A stretch of DNA of 56,175 bases, filler included, from Sphacelaria rigidula (lineage: Eukaryota): the NCBI GenBank assembly GCA_964200075.2. It is 6 parts of 6 records of this genome, joined end to end, with 100 filler letters (N's around TTAATTAATTAA, not from the genome) between each part and the next. Parts side by side here need not be neighbours in the genome. Positions count along the whole stretch, not along the records: positions 37,519 to 46,797 come from CAXNAA020008847.1; positions 46,898 to 56,175 come from CAXNAA020008848.1; 4 more parts are not named here. One strand, 5' to 3'. Below are positions 38,421 to 50,660 of the stretch, piece after piece (the first letter of the stretch is position 1; each line of letters starts with the position of its first letter). The notes below the pieces were generated by a model. That model was given only the letters and a program-made list of their open reading frames with translations, was not told the origin of the DNA and ran no database searches. Made by a program: the position numbers and the translations under genes.

Positions 38421-40844
38421 ACCATTGTTTGATTAATATCACCCACAGCGGTGGATCACAGGACTGCATGAAGCCTGCAGCAGTTGCTTGTCAACAATTA
38501 TTGTTGGTGCCCGCCTGCCAATTTCTATGTAGCTACTCATGAGGGTAATAATCAACCCAAATCCACAACGATTGAGCGGCTATGAGTGAAGCTGCATGCT
38601 AATGTGTTTGCATGAGGCCACCAGGCGGATGCTCCGTCAGCTCCCGTTGACAATCTATACTTGTGCACGCTCCGACAATCAATTCGAAGATGACCGTCCA
38701 CCTGTGCGCGCTATGACCGTCCCCGGGGCAGGGTTACATTCTTCTGGTCTTGAAAGTCCATGGGTTCCACACATTCCTTGGCCGAGATTTATACCGGGAA
38801 TAATCAGATGAAAGTTGTTGGCTTGCAATGAACGACTCGTGTGCTTATCGTGGAGACTTTGCAAGTTGCTAACATACAAGCCGGACATCGAATGGATGAA
38901 CGAGAAAGTTGTATGAATCATATATATATATATATGTACAAGGTTCCCCTTCGGGAGGTTGATACGGGCCTCCCGGGGGTGACGCAAGTCGAAAGTATAA
39001 AATATACCTCGTACGAGTATGCTTTTTCAGTGCGCTGCAAAAGAAAGCGTGGGGAAAAATGCCTTGCTGGCAGAGAAAACTCGGCAAAAGTGGTGAACAT
39101 GTGAAATGATACATGTACATGATACACATGAGTTGAATGGAGGGAGAAAAAGCGCGCGGGTCATTGCTTTGTCCGCTTCGATCAAGCAAGTATATATTGC
39201 CCTCCGCGAAAAATAAACAGACGTGGACAAACAAACAGAACTGATGAGGAAGCCTCCAATTACATAGAACGATGTTTTCGTGAGATTGAGAGTAGAGGAT
39301 ACGGTTGTGAAGGAAAAGCGGTCAATTAGTGATTTAATCGTTTCAGTTCCGAAACATCCCTCCGCGAGGCCCTTACCGAAGCAGCGGGCTAACTCACAGT
39401 AATTAACCTGCGAAGCACCGGCACGGAAATGCTCCTGTGAAGTCAGTGTTGCGCCAAAAGCAAAAACAAATCGGAACAAAATCTTACCTTTTTGCCCTTT
39501 AGCGCGCACTGCTGCAGCGCACGGCACCAGATATAGCGATGTTTCAGCGCCCCGCAGCGGCTGCAGCGCGCTTAGGGCCGTGCGCCATGAGGTGCGCAGC
39601 TCAATAGACTGTATGCCGATCGGTGCACTACAGATGGTCATGATCCAGAAAGGACCGCAGTACAGACCGGTGCCAGTTTGCTACCGCGTCGGCCGTCCAG
39701 CCGCTCAACATGTCCAAGTTTATGCATCTGCGCATGCATATATGCATTTGCCTGTAGTGCGACACTGGTAGACCCAAAGAAATGTACATAAACAGCGATT
39801 GGTACTCGATTTGACTTGGTTTCAGAGCAAAGAACGTTCTGAGAAAAATTATGATTTGGGGCAGGTGAGCAGTGGTGAGCAGTAGAACCAGGTCGTCCAG
39901 AACGTGTTGTGGTCCAAAATCGGCTCAAAGGCGTCGATTTGAGCTCTCGAAAGGCGTCGATGCGAGTTCTCGTAACGCACGCTTTAGCTACGAAACTGCA
40001 TCCCCCTTGCCCGAGAGTTCTCGGTATGCCTTGGTCGATGTTAGTGCTAGGGTTAGCGTTAGGGTTGGTGGCATCTCCATAGCACCAACCATTGTTTACG
40101 TACATTTCTTCAAGCCCCCTCGGTGAAGTACTTGTGCAGGTATGCATTGTTGTCAAAAAGACATTCTTGCGCCGGTACTTCACACAGGTGAATCCTTTGA
40201 GGGAACTCTCTGTTACGCGTTGCATGACCACAGGGATTTGGTCACCCCCCTGCGCTTGTCGAGCACAGCTGACCGACAGTGAGGACGTTTGCCGACGTGT
40301 GTGCCTTGTTCAACTCGCCAACAGCTCATTGCATGGTCTTGGTTTTGCTGCTAACTAAGGCGAAGGCAATGTTCAATTGTTTTCAACTGCTTTGCTTTCA
40401 TGTTCTTGTGACATTCGCTACACAACCGCTGTCTTCGTACTCCCGAATCAACGAGAACGCAAAAAAATGCCCCGCCATGAACAGGCTTTTGTGGTTCGGG
40501 TTCTTGTTTAACGTTTTCCATGATGAGGCTTTTGTGTTTTGGGATCGACACCCCGCGAAAAAGAGCCAGTGCGGGCGACTTTCGATGGCCATAACACGCG
40601 CCACAAGTATCAGATGACACCCAAACCAGAAAGGTGATGTACCGCTGCGCTTTCTTCGCGCGCTGCAAAAGAAAGCGCGTAATGAGATGCCTTGCCGCGA
40701 GAGAAAACCCGGCAAAGGTGGTGAAAAAGTGAAATGATACATGTACATATATGCTTGCATCATATAGCGAACAAGCAGGATTTGATTGCATACAGGAAAA
40801 TGGGCGAGGACGAAGGCTCAAGATGTCAAGACCATGCTTGTTTG

Positions 40845-41192
40845 AACAGACTTGACAGGGGAGCCAGGATTTCCCATGCGTTCTCAAACAGGTTGACATG
40901 GATGCGGGATTTCCCATGTGTTTTCGAACAGCTTGCTATGGATCCAGGCTTTTCCATGCGTTTTCGAACGGGTTCACAGGGGGCCAGGAGTTTCCCATGG
41001 GTGTTCGAAAAGGTTGACATGGATCCAGGATTTCCCATGGGTGTTCGAACAGGTTGACAGGGAGCCAGGATTTCCCATGCGTTTTCGAACGGGTTCACAG
41101 GGGGCCAGGAGTTTCCCATACGTGTTCGAACAGGTTGACAGGGAGCCAGGATTTCCCATGCGTTTTCGAACAGGTTGACATGGAGCCAGAAT
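40845..41192 (+). repeat. ~40-bp minisatellite, about 9 units
   Basis: Consensus GAACAGGTTGACAGGGAGCCAGGATTTCCCATGCGTTTTC, with alternating variants. Confidence 0.92.
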
Positions 41193-44100
41193 TCCCTTCG
41201 GAGTCCATGAATTTTTACCTGGCTGTCCCCGACGCGTGATATATGCACACGCGTGACCCTGTTTTGTTCAGTAATATTGCTGTTCTCTTCGTTCTCCTTC
41301 CCCTTCATTTTGTTTTGTTCGCTGTCGTTATACTGGTCAAGCGCTGCCATCCATGTTACTGGTTCCATCGTTTCTCACGCCGTTGATGACTGAGAATGTT
41401 TCTCCCAGACACCGCCCTCGTGACTCTTGAATCATGGAGATTGTAATACACTGCAATGAATCACCCATAACTCCTTCAACCGGTGTTTTTACATCTATGT
41501 GGCACGTGCGTGTAGGTTTAACGTAGCGATTATCACATAGCTAACCCCAAATCGGTGAAAAATGGGTGGAAACCCCTTGAACCCTCGAGCCCAGCCCTTT
41601 TACCCGGCGGGATCCGACCAACAGCCTCCCGTGCAAGCACCCTCCCATGCAGAAGCAGGTTGACGCATCCTCCCATGCAGCTGTAGGTTGCCGTACCTCC
41701 TCATTGGCGTCAGTCTTTTGTGCGTCACGACAATAACAGCAGTATTTTTGCGCCTTTGTAATAGAGTGAAGCTGAGGCACCGCAGATGAATTTACTCAGA
41801 GCTCCTGACCAACGGTTAGCACAACCGGTATTTCCTCCGTTATTTCAGCGGATACTTCCAGCCTCTGGGTCTCCGTTGACGTTGTTCATCGCAGGCCAGG
41901 CGTAACCAGCAGTGTACATATTCCATGCTCAGCTGCTGCCATCGCTGACACCGCCTCTGTAGCATCGATCTAGGGACTAGTTTACACCTAACCTGATGGG
42001 TACGCATACAAATATTTTACCCGTCCGGGGCTACCCCTGCTTCGAACGCCGTTTTAGTCAAAGCGAGTAGGAACGATAAACAGCACCTGTGGGTACAAGC
42101 TGGAGTTTGGCACCACAGCAAGAGTAGCCACCGCTCACCAGTAACGGTGTTACTGGGCACCGGGGCAGGGGGAGGGAGCTATGCATCGAAACAGTGGTGG
42201 AGGTTGTTGGTGACGTGGGTTAATATAGCAAATAAGTTGCAACGACAGGGAGCACGAACTTTGAGGTCCGCTAACCCTAGTAACAGTAAGATACCTCCGA
42301 TGAAGACTCTAGGGTCAGCAATAATTCATATTCGTTTCCACACAGAGGATGAGTTAATAAAGGTATGGGTCCGGGTGGTCCATGGATTACCATATGGATT
42401 TATTTCGGGAGCGAGTTTCTTCAGGAGAAACAAGAAGAGCACGTTATCTTTCCAAGGGCGATCGAGATTTCGACCTTCGCCGGAGGCGCCGTGAGTATGG
42501 TTCGTGTCTAACAGTCCCCAAAACCTCGGAGCTATTGACACCGACCGCCTCACCAGCCACGGAGATTCGGCAACTTTGAACCTCTCCGTGCTGTCAAGCC
42601 AAGCGCGCTCGGTGACGACTCGACGGGGAGGTTGTCTGGTCGGAGCGAACTGGCAGCATCGAATGAGGTGTGGAAAAGCCTTGGAGTGGCGTGGGAGGAC
42701 GATGCTACGCTGCAGTGGCTGCTGCATCCAACGGAAGACGGAAGCTCAGAAGGTTTCGCTAGCAAGCTAGTCCCGGGCTACGTGCGATCGACGCTAGCAT
42801 GGGCATCCGCCCGCGTCATGGTTCGAAAGAAGGACAGACGGTAGTCTACGACTATGTCAAGATTATCGTAGACTGAACCAACTTCTGGAGTCATACAGCG
42901 GCAGTTTGAGGGATATGCAGACCATGTATGGTGGGCTAGCAGAATCCAAGTACTCTACGAGTGTTGATTTAACGAATGGGTTTTTCCAGTCGGAGATGGA
43001 GGAAGAGTTTTGGCCGCCAAAGAGTTCGTAGAAGCGATACGCTGATGCGGACTGGAAGGCGTTGAATTGTGTTAGAGTAAACCAGATTGGAAAGGAAATC
43101 AGGCTGGTACATACGAGTCCGGGGTGCGGTTCTTTCCACAACCTTGTGGAAGAAGTGCAACCACAAGTGTTGGCAGGGGATACAAGTCGGATTGCACCGA
43201 TCGAATGGGTCGAGCCGGAGTCAGCATCAGCCAGCGTCGTCAAAGAGTTGGTCGAGTCATTCCTCTCATCACCCTCTGTGACAACGCTGATCTTGGAGAG
43301 TACTGTTGTGATGGTGCGCTCTCCTGGTGAGAACGAGCTCGTTGCTCCGTGTTAAGCAGAGCTGGGGGTCTCACTGAGTAGACTTCAGTCTCACCTGTGC
43401 AGGTGGCCGCACCGTATCGGAAGAGACGGACCTATGTGGTCGCCTTGAAAGTTGTCTGTCGGAGGGAAGGATAACTGCGAACGGGGAAGCAGCGAGTGGA
43501 AGCGTACATCGTTGTCTGCCCCATGTTGGGTTGGCGATTAGGGCGGACAGGTATTTATTTATCTGGTGCCGACAGGACAGGGTAATTCACACAACTCACA
43601 CTTCCGAGAACCGGATGTCTAGATTATCTGTTTCTCAGCTGACGAAATGGCAACCAAGGCGCGAGGAATTCAGACCCCATAGGGCGGACGCAGGTGGATA
43701 GGAAGAAGCAGTCGAGCTGGAAAGAGACGATTTCGTGAAAGTTGCGACTACTCTCGACTGTTACGAGACACTACCCCGTAAATAACGACGCCATGCCATA
43801 GATTGTGGCTAATTTTGTTCAAGCGTGGGTGATGAAAGCGGTTCTATCAAGTGGAAGCGGAAGGTTTGGTAAGCCTGACTCATGTCCAGGGTGAGGATGA
43901 GGGTTTGAGCACGCTCGCTACGATGTGGGACAAAGCAGAGTTACCAAAGGCTTGGGGAGCCGCTGTAACTCGTTCGTCGATTCAAGAGGCAGAGCGGAAG
44001 TCAGACCAAGACCGTGGTGGGGGGCAGGCTCCAGCTGAGGAACCACGGATACCAAGTGAAGGTAGCCCTCAGACCATTTTCGAGCACGCGAGAGCGATCC

Positions 44101-45685
44101 TGATGAACAAGCCGCGACTAATATTGCTGCAAGAGCGGGACTCCCGACTTGGGCCCATCAGGGATAGGTTAATGTAGGAGAGTAAGGACGGAGGAACAGT
44201 AAGAGGCAGGAAACGTAAAGTGATGATTTCCTATGGTATACCTCACCTAGGGCGCCAGGTAAGTGGGGCGCCAGTTACGCTGGCTATTCCACGCAGTCTA
44301 GTGCCTGGCCTGCTTGCGTTGGTGCACACTACGCATGGGCAAGCCGGAGTGATGAAAAAGACTGTGGTGATCAACACACGCTGTAAGTGACCCAGTCTTT
44401 TCGCCGACACTCGCAAACACGTGCTGTCTTGTGGATGCCGCCGACGCAAACGTACGAATAGTCACACCATAACGATGCGACCCGCCCGCTTCTTGCAGTT
44501 CCGGGAGATGATATAGATGGAGATATCGGATATGAAGTATATTTCTTCTTCTGGTAACAAGTACTTGTTGGTTGTTATGGATCGAACAACCAAGTTCTCT
44601 TTGCTCTCCCACTAGTAGCCAAGGTTACTGAGCGCGTAGTTGAGGGTCTGCTAAAACTGTTCTTGACGCTCGAAACGCCCTATTTCCTTTCAAGTGACGC
44701 TGGGGGGGAGTTCTCTTCGCAAGTAGTGAACAATGTATGCCATGTGGATGAAGGTGAAACTGGATCATCGTCCCGCAGATTACCCTCACGAACAGGGCGT
44801 GGTGGAAAGATGCGGAGAGTGGCTGCATGGTGTTTTAACCGAGCTATGTAAACAGTGGCTGGAATGGTGGGACGAGTATGTGGATCCTGCTGTATGGATT
44901 CATCATACTACTTTCGACCAGTCACTGCCGCATAACCCAACGCGATAAATGCTGCTTTTGAGCGCGAGCCTCGCACCCAAGTCGAGTCTATGTCGCCTGA
45001 TGCAGAATCCCTACCGTCGAACGACACGGTAGAGCAACAGCGACAAAATTGAAGGACGTTCATGAGCTGTTAACCCAACGCCACGGGCGTAGGGAAGAGG
45101 TATAATTTATGATGCCAGTCAAAGAGTCTGACACCTCCCTTCCGAACGAAGATGTACCGGCCGAATTAGTACACGACTTTGTGGACTGGGCCGAGGACGG
45201 TACAGCAGGTGGTGATACCAGGTCTCAATCTTGAGGTCAAAATGTAGGTGCGTAAAGTACAAGAGCGAACGGTGTTCACGGCCAACGTGAAGAAATTTCA
45301 TGTGCGCCCAGAACAGCTGCAGCACTCATTTCCAGGCGAGTTCTTTAGCTAGCTTGGGGGGGCAGATTTAGGGTCGGCTGAGGACATCACGTCCACACCT
45401 CTACTATATACTCTAACGGATGGGAAAGCAGTGCTGGGCCCAGGATCGTCGTGAGTGTGGGAACATCAACGGTTTTTTCACGACGGAGCTGAGTCACACT
45501 GGCTTTCAGAGGAGAGGATTTGGTTAGTTTCACTGACTTACAGTTTGACGTGTTTCATGCCTTGTGGAAATTATATCAACCGCAGACCAGGCCACGTCCA
45601 TCTGATACACCATCTCGAGCAGAAAGGGACTCAATTGCGCGGTAGATTCCCCGAGGTAGCGAGATCCGCAAACGGTTTACGGACA

Positions 45686-46065
45686 ACCCAGAGCAGTCAA
45701 CAGGAACAAGAGCTTCTCCGGACGGGATGAAATCGTTTCTGTACGGTGTTTAAGTTCTCTACGGGATCTAACCCGGCAGAGCGGTTAGCAAGATCAAGGA
45801 CTTCTCCGGACTGGATGGAATCGTTTCTGTACGGTGTTTAAATTCCTTACGTGGTCTAACCCGGCAGAGCGGTCAACAGGATCAACGACTTCTCCGGACT
45901 GGATGTGATCGTTTCTGTACGGTGTTTAAGTTCCCTACGTGGTCTAACCCAGCAGAGAGATCTACAAGAGCGGGAGTTGCCGAGACTGTTCGAGATTGTT
46001 CTGCACGGTGTTTAGATTCCCTACGTGGTCTAACTCGGCAGAACGGTTACCGAGATCAACGGCTG
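45686..46065 (+). repeat. ~88-bp tandem repeat (about 4.5 units) between pol and 3' LTR
   Basis: Anchor AACCCGGCAGAG-like at 45770, 45858, 45946 and 46032, with a degenerate unit from 45686. Confidence 0.9.
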
Positions 46066-46173
46066 CACGAAAACAACGTCGAATACTCGAGGACGAGGAA
46101 CATGGTAACGCGGCGATCCATCGTCGGACCACGTTCAGCCCCAGGGTTCGTCAAGCCTAGGCCTGAGGGAGGG

Positions 46174-46450
46174 TGTTATGGGTCGCGGCATACATGGAGG
46201 ACGGGCAGTACAATGGTCGGGCCATCTATCTGATGGAAAAGTCCCGGAGGGTTGACTGCGGGAACTGGCAATGTGCCGCAGTCAGGGGTGAGGATGTTTG
46301 AGCCCGCACGAAGACGGTTATATAAACATGCCTCGTTGCATCCGACTCGAACTCGGTTCTTTCAGAATCGGTGACAGCCGCCCTCCTGGTTTTAAAATCC
46401 TCCGGAACAGAAACGAAGTGACCTGAAACGAGCTAAAAACCGTCACCACA
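46174..46450 (+). repeat. Putative 3' LTR
   Basis: Starts TGTTATGG immediately after the polypurine tract, has TATATAAA near 46319 and ends ...CACCACA where a different repeat begins shortly after. Confidence 0.65.
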
Positions 46451-47836
46451 AAAGAGAAACTGAATCGGCCCTAAAGCTGTGATCAAGATATCCTGCCATC
46501 CAGGATAAGCTGTTCTGCGGACTATTGCCGAGATAGCCCCCCCACAAAACGTGCACCGGAGACCGTCTGGCCAACCGACTGCGATCCCACTGTTTGGCTC
46601 ATTTGCAGCAATTTCGCCCACATGAGAGGCGTGTAGCAGTCCGAAATCAGACATAGCGCCCAAATGAGTCGCGTCGTGCAGCACCAAGCCAGCTCTGACG
46701 GCGTTCATGATCATCCCCTCCGTGCACGTTTTTGGCCGGTTCGGGGAGGGGGGGGGGGGGGTACTCATGATCATGCATGAGGGGGGGGGGGGGGGGGNNN
46801 NNNNNNNNNNNNNNNNNNNNNNNNNNNNNNNNNNNNNNNNNTTAATTAATTAANNNNNNNNNNNNNNNNNNNNNNNNNNNNNNNNNNNNNNNNNNNNCAC
46901 GTTTTCGGTTGTTTTTGACACGCATGAGGCCGCCATTCGTCCAATACAGGACGGATTTCTGTCAAACAAAGACTGTCGTGTGGAGATTAGCAAGGCCTAG
47001 CAGTGAAACTAATGCGCGTGCGCGTGAGTGGTGGGTGTCTGTGCGTGTTTTGTCGGGGCTGGGTGTGTAGGTGTTGTGTTGCCTCGTTGTGTCATGTCTG
47101 CAGCATTACACAGACCGTGGGCCTGCTTGGACTAACGACCACTTCCAGACCCGCCGCATTCGTCGACCTGCGTGCAGATGTGGGTTCCAATTTGTACGAA
47201 ACTGCTTGTCGATAGGACTCGGGACTGATTGTTATGGGGCCAATCTCCTGACAAACGGGGATTGTGAAAAAGGGGATTATCCCCTATCGTTAAGAAGGGC
47301 CCTAATCCTAACCCCAACGAAGACACACCGAGAACCCTCGGGCGACAGAGTGGAGAGGGTTGCCTAGGCAAAGGGTGCGTTGGCAGACCTCAGATCGGCG
47401 CCCCAGGCGCCGAATTCGATAAAAGCGCGTTCTGTGCAAGCTAGGAGCACGCTTGGAGCATAGCCCCATTAAAGGTCCGGATTTCGCTGTTCACAATAAA
47501 ATCAAGTCGAACCATCTGAGAAAATCCTCACCCTCCCAAGTGGTGAACTATACTGGGCCAAGCAGCGTTTCGGAGTAAAATGTTCTGCCGGGACCTGTCG
47601 GCACAAAACGTTGGCCACCTGCACATATATACACGTTGATGTCCTGCTGATTATGGTGACGCGGAATATATTTACTATGACAATGACCGGTAAATTATTT
47701 TTGGTCTCTCGTACGCTGCGTTTGCTGAAGGATTATCTTCAAGGGTGGGCTATGAAAGCACAACACCCATGCGCTAGCGCAAGGTCAATCCGTGCCTCTT
47801 CACGTCCCGGCTGCTATGCATAAGCCCTCGGGTGAT

Positions 47837-48285
47837 CAGGGTAGGGTAGGACACAAAGTAGGGGATGCCGGGGTGTGGATACCTTGGGAACCCTGGAATA
47901 ATGGGTACTCCAAGATACCCTGAATACCTGGGGTACCCCAAGGTACGGTAGGGTACAGAGTAGGGTATTTCAGGGTGTCAATACTCCGCGAACCCGAGAA
48001 TACTGAGTACTTGGGACAGTCGATACCCTGGGTACCCTGGAGTACTGGGTGTTCCAAAATGCCCTATCTAGGGTACCCCAGGGTACGTACACTACGCTCC
48101 AAGATACCCTGAATACCCGGGGTATCCCAAGGTACGGTAGGGTACAGAGTACGGTATTTCAGGGTGTCACTACCCTGGGAACCCGAGAATACTGAGTACT
48201 TCTGACAGTCGATACCCTGGGTACCCTGAAGTACGGGATATTCCAAAATGCCCTATCCAGGGTACCCCAGGGTACGTACACTACC
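47837..48285. repeat. GGGTACCC-rich repeat with ~187-bp tandem duplication
   Basis: 47908-48095 is near-identical to 48097-48282; many GGGTACCC palindromes. Confidence 0.9.
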
Positions 48286-48372
48286 CCCACCACCTTTTGG
48301 TATAGACTACCTACAGAGTGCAGACATCATCCAACAACACACCACGGCACAACAGGAAGCATTACAGCCCAC

Positions 48373-50198
48373 CTCCATGACAGCTCGGGCTACCGTTGCC
48401 GCGTTCTTTATCCGTCGGAGACAACCTACGGCTCCAACTGCGTGCAAGGGACCATACATAACCATCGAGTCCAGCGTTACTTCGCCCGAGCTGTCCGGAT
48501 GACCTCCGTATCCTACGCTTCCGCCGCATTGGATGTCCTCACATATGTTGCACCCCTGGAAGTTAACGGCATAACACCGTAGGCAAATAAGGAACGTGCA
48601 CCAGCTACCAAGTTATGCTGCGCGTTTACAGATACGAACATTAGGCACACAAATCTGTCCGCCCAGCCGCAACAAGTAGAGGCATCTCGCAGTTTCAGAA
48701 CAACATGGTGTGGAGTGCGTGGAGTGGACTTCTGGGCAGCAAGCAACCAACTCCCAAAGGTATAAAAAAAACATGATACGAGCTGGGCCAGCCTAAAAAC
48801 GGATTTAAGCTCTCAAAGCGATATCTCAACGACACAGACGAGTTGGGNNNNNNNNNNAGTAATTCCTATACCTAGCGGAGATAGCGTCCACTCTAAAATC
48901 TATATGAAACCCCGAACGATCGATTAAGCGGATGATGACGATTTTTGGTGTGGACCTTCCCTGGAGCACGGGGAGACGATAGATACCCTCACCTTCACCA
49001 ACTTCGTACTCCATCTCGAGATATGGCGCACATAAATTTAGATACTAAAATCAGTATATTACGAGCAGAGGCACTAGATGACCTAAATACACAGCTTATT
49101 CGTTTCTTTTCGTTTTTTTCCATCTTTTTTCGTGTTTTTAGGAGAGTTTTGAGGATAAATGAACATTGCTCTTGGGCCTTATCTAATTTTTTCGGGCTCA
49201 ATTTTTAGAATTGTGATTTGAAACTTGGCATGGAGAACGACAGAGATATGCCGAGTAAAAAAATGGGCCTTAATTTTTTTTTTCTATGAGAGGTTCGGGC
49301 GTTCTCGTACATAAGTGGTCGTTACCATACTAAAACGCCCTCAATCAGTGAAAAATAAAGATTAAAAACCAACCTCACCCATTTTTCTTGGTTCATCATA
49401 ACCAAGCGAGGTCCCGCACAAAGTTTCAACCCACAAACACCAAACGTGGGCCGATAAACGGACTGCAAAATACTGTTCCGAATTTCCGCAGGCCCGGCTT
49501 TTCAAAGGGTAGATTCGCAATTTTTTTCTTGGAGTTGGACAGTGAAATTTGGTATGGACAATCATCAGGGCATGAAGAAAAGCTGTCTGTGAGGTCCCGA
49601 AGTTTTTTTTTTCGTGAGTTAAGGGCAATAATCGCTCTTGAGGTTTTAGTAAAATGCCCTTCGGGACCTCAAAGACAACTTTTTTTCATGCCCTGTTGAT
49701 TGTCTATACTAAATTTCACTTTCCAACTCCAAGAAAAAAATTGCGAATTCGCTTGTAGGCAAAAGAAGTGCAAAGTACAAATCCGCTTGTAGGCTGGCCC
49801 AGCCTGTACTCCGCATAGATATATGATGTGTAAAATCAAGATCGCGCAACACTACTCGTATATAGTTGTATTCCGAGCTCATTTCTCGTGCACCGTGACA
49901 CAATTCATACCGCTTCCACGGCATCAAGTAGAACTGAGGCATCCATTGCCTCTGCTGATGCAGTAGAAACAACACTCCACGCTCGCTGTGTGGCGCTGGC
50001 AAAGTCACCCGTCCATGTGTTGACAACGACCGGGACTTGCTTCCCAAGTCCAAGATTATTCTCCACTTGTTGCTCATCACTGAGCATTGTTCCGAGCCAA
50101 TCGCTAGAGCTTTTTTCTGCCGCATCTAATCCTGTAACATGAGCTCTAGAATTCAGAGCGCTAGTCGCCGCAGCAATGATAGGCAGTAGTTTCAGCAT
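48373..50198 (-). CDS. AGA: N4-(beta-N-acetylglucosaminyl)-L-asparaginase (glycosylasparaginase), first two exons
   Basis: Exon 1 (50198-49911) has a signal peptide, then VPVVVNTW...ATQRAW...LDAVEA. Exon 2 (48555-48373) reads [61 protein letters not shown], the characteristic AGA alpha-subunit. Downstream exons with the HDTIG autoprocessing site were not found. Confidence 0.9.
48779..49806. mobile_element. Non-autonomous TIR element with TA flanks (Tc1/mariner-like) in AGA intron 1
   Basis: Left end TA|CGAGCTGGGCCAGCCTAAAAACGGATTT; right end AAATCCGCTTGTAGGCTGGCCCAGCCTG|TA. The same terminus occurs at ~28684-28714. Confidence 0.75.
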
Positions 50199-50660
50199 TT
50201 TACTACCGTGGTGCACGATGTGGAGCTACGAGGACATCATGAAGGAAGGGGACCTTCGCTGCGGAAATACTAGGGAGTGTTTTGCACTTCAGACCCGCAG
50301 TCGGAACATGTAACCGTCATCGCCAATCGTCACAAGTGCTAATTCCCCCGCAATCCTCGACAGAGACCGCCCATCGGGCGGACCAAGCTCAGCTAGCGCC
50401 AGGTCCACAGCTGCGATCCAAGGGGACCTATGTAACGTAGGAGCCTGTGTTTTTTTCCTCTGTGTTTCTTATCGACGGAAGGTTGAAGAAAGCGGGTGAT
50501 CATACCATGGGTGAGCATTCTGGTGCGTCCTCAAAGCCGTACCTTGTTGCCTCGAATCGATCAACACCTGCCCTCCAACGAGCCGCCCGAAAAACACGAC
50601 ACAACTCTGGTAAAGTTACGTCAAGTTAACCGCATCGTCTCGGTTCGTTTTACTCCATAA

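Larger units (their letters stand above)
42100..46450 (+). mobile_element. Decayed Ty3/gypsy LTR retrotransposon (protease-RT-RNaseH-integrase, 3' LTR)
   Basis: Fragments occur in gypsy order with many stops and frameshifts. Protease tail VVHGLPYGFISGASF (~42380); RT DMQTMYGGLAESKYSTSVDLTNGFFQ (~42910); integrase zinc-binding region HTTHGQAG...SCGCRRRKR (44325-44455); core SSDAGGEF and EQGVVER. Polypurine tract GAGGGAGGG is followed by a TG...CA LTR at 46174-46450. No 5' LTR found. Confidence 0.88.

Noticed and set aside
40845..41192. Regular ~40-bp repeats resembling a CRISPR array
   Set aside because: Units are contiguous with no unique spacers, there are no cas genes and the context is eukaryotic; it is a minisatellite.
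45686..46065. 88-bp periodic array as CRISPR or ncRNA array
   Set aside because: Whole units are similar with no unique spacers; it lies inside an LTR retrotransposon.
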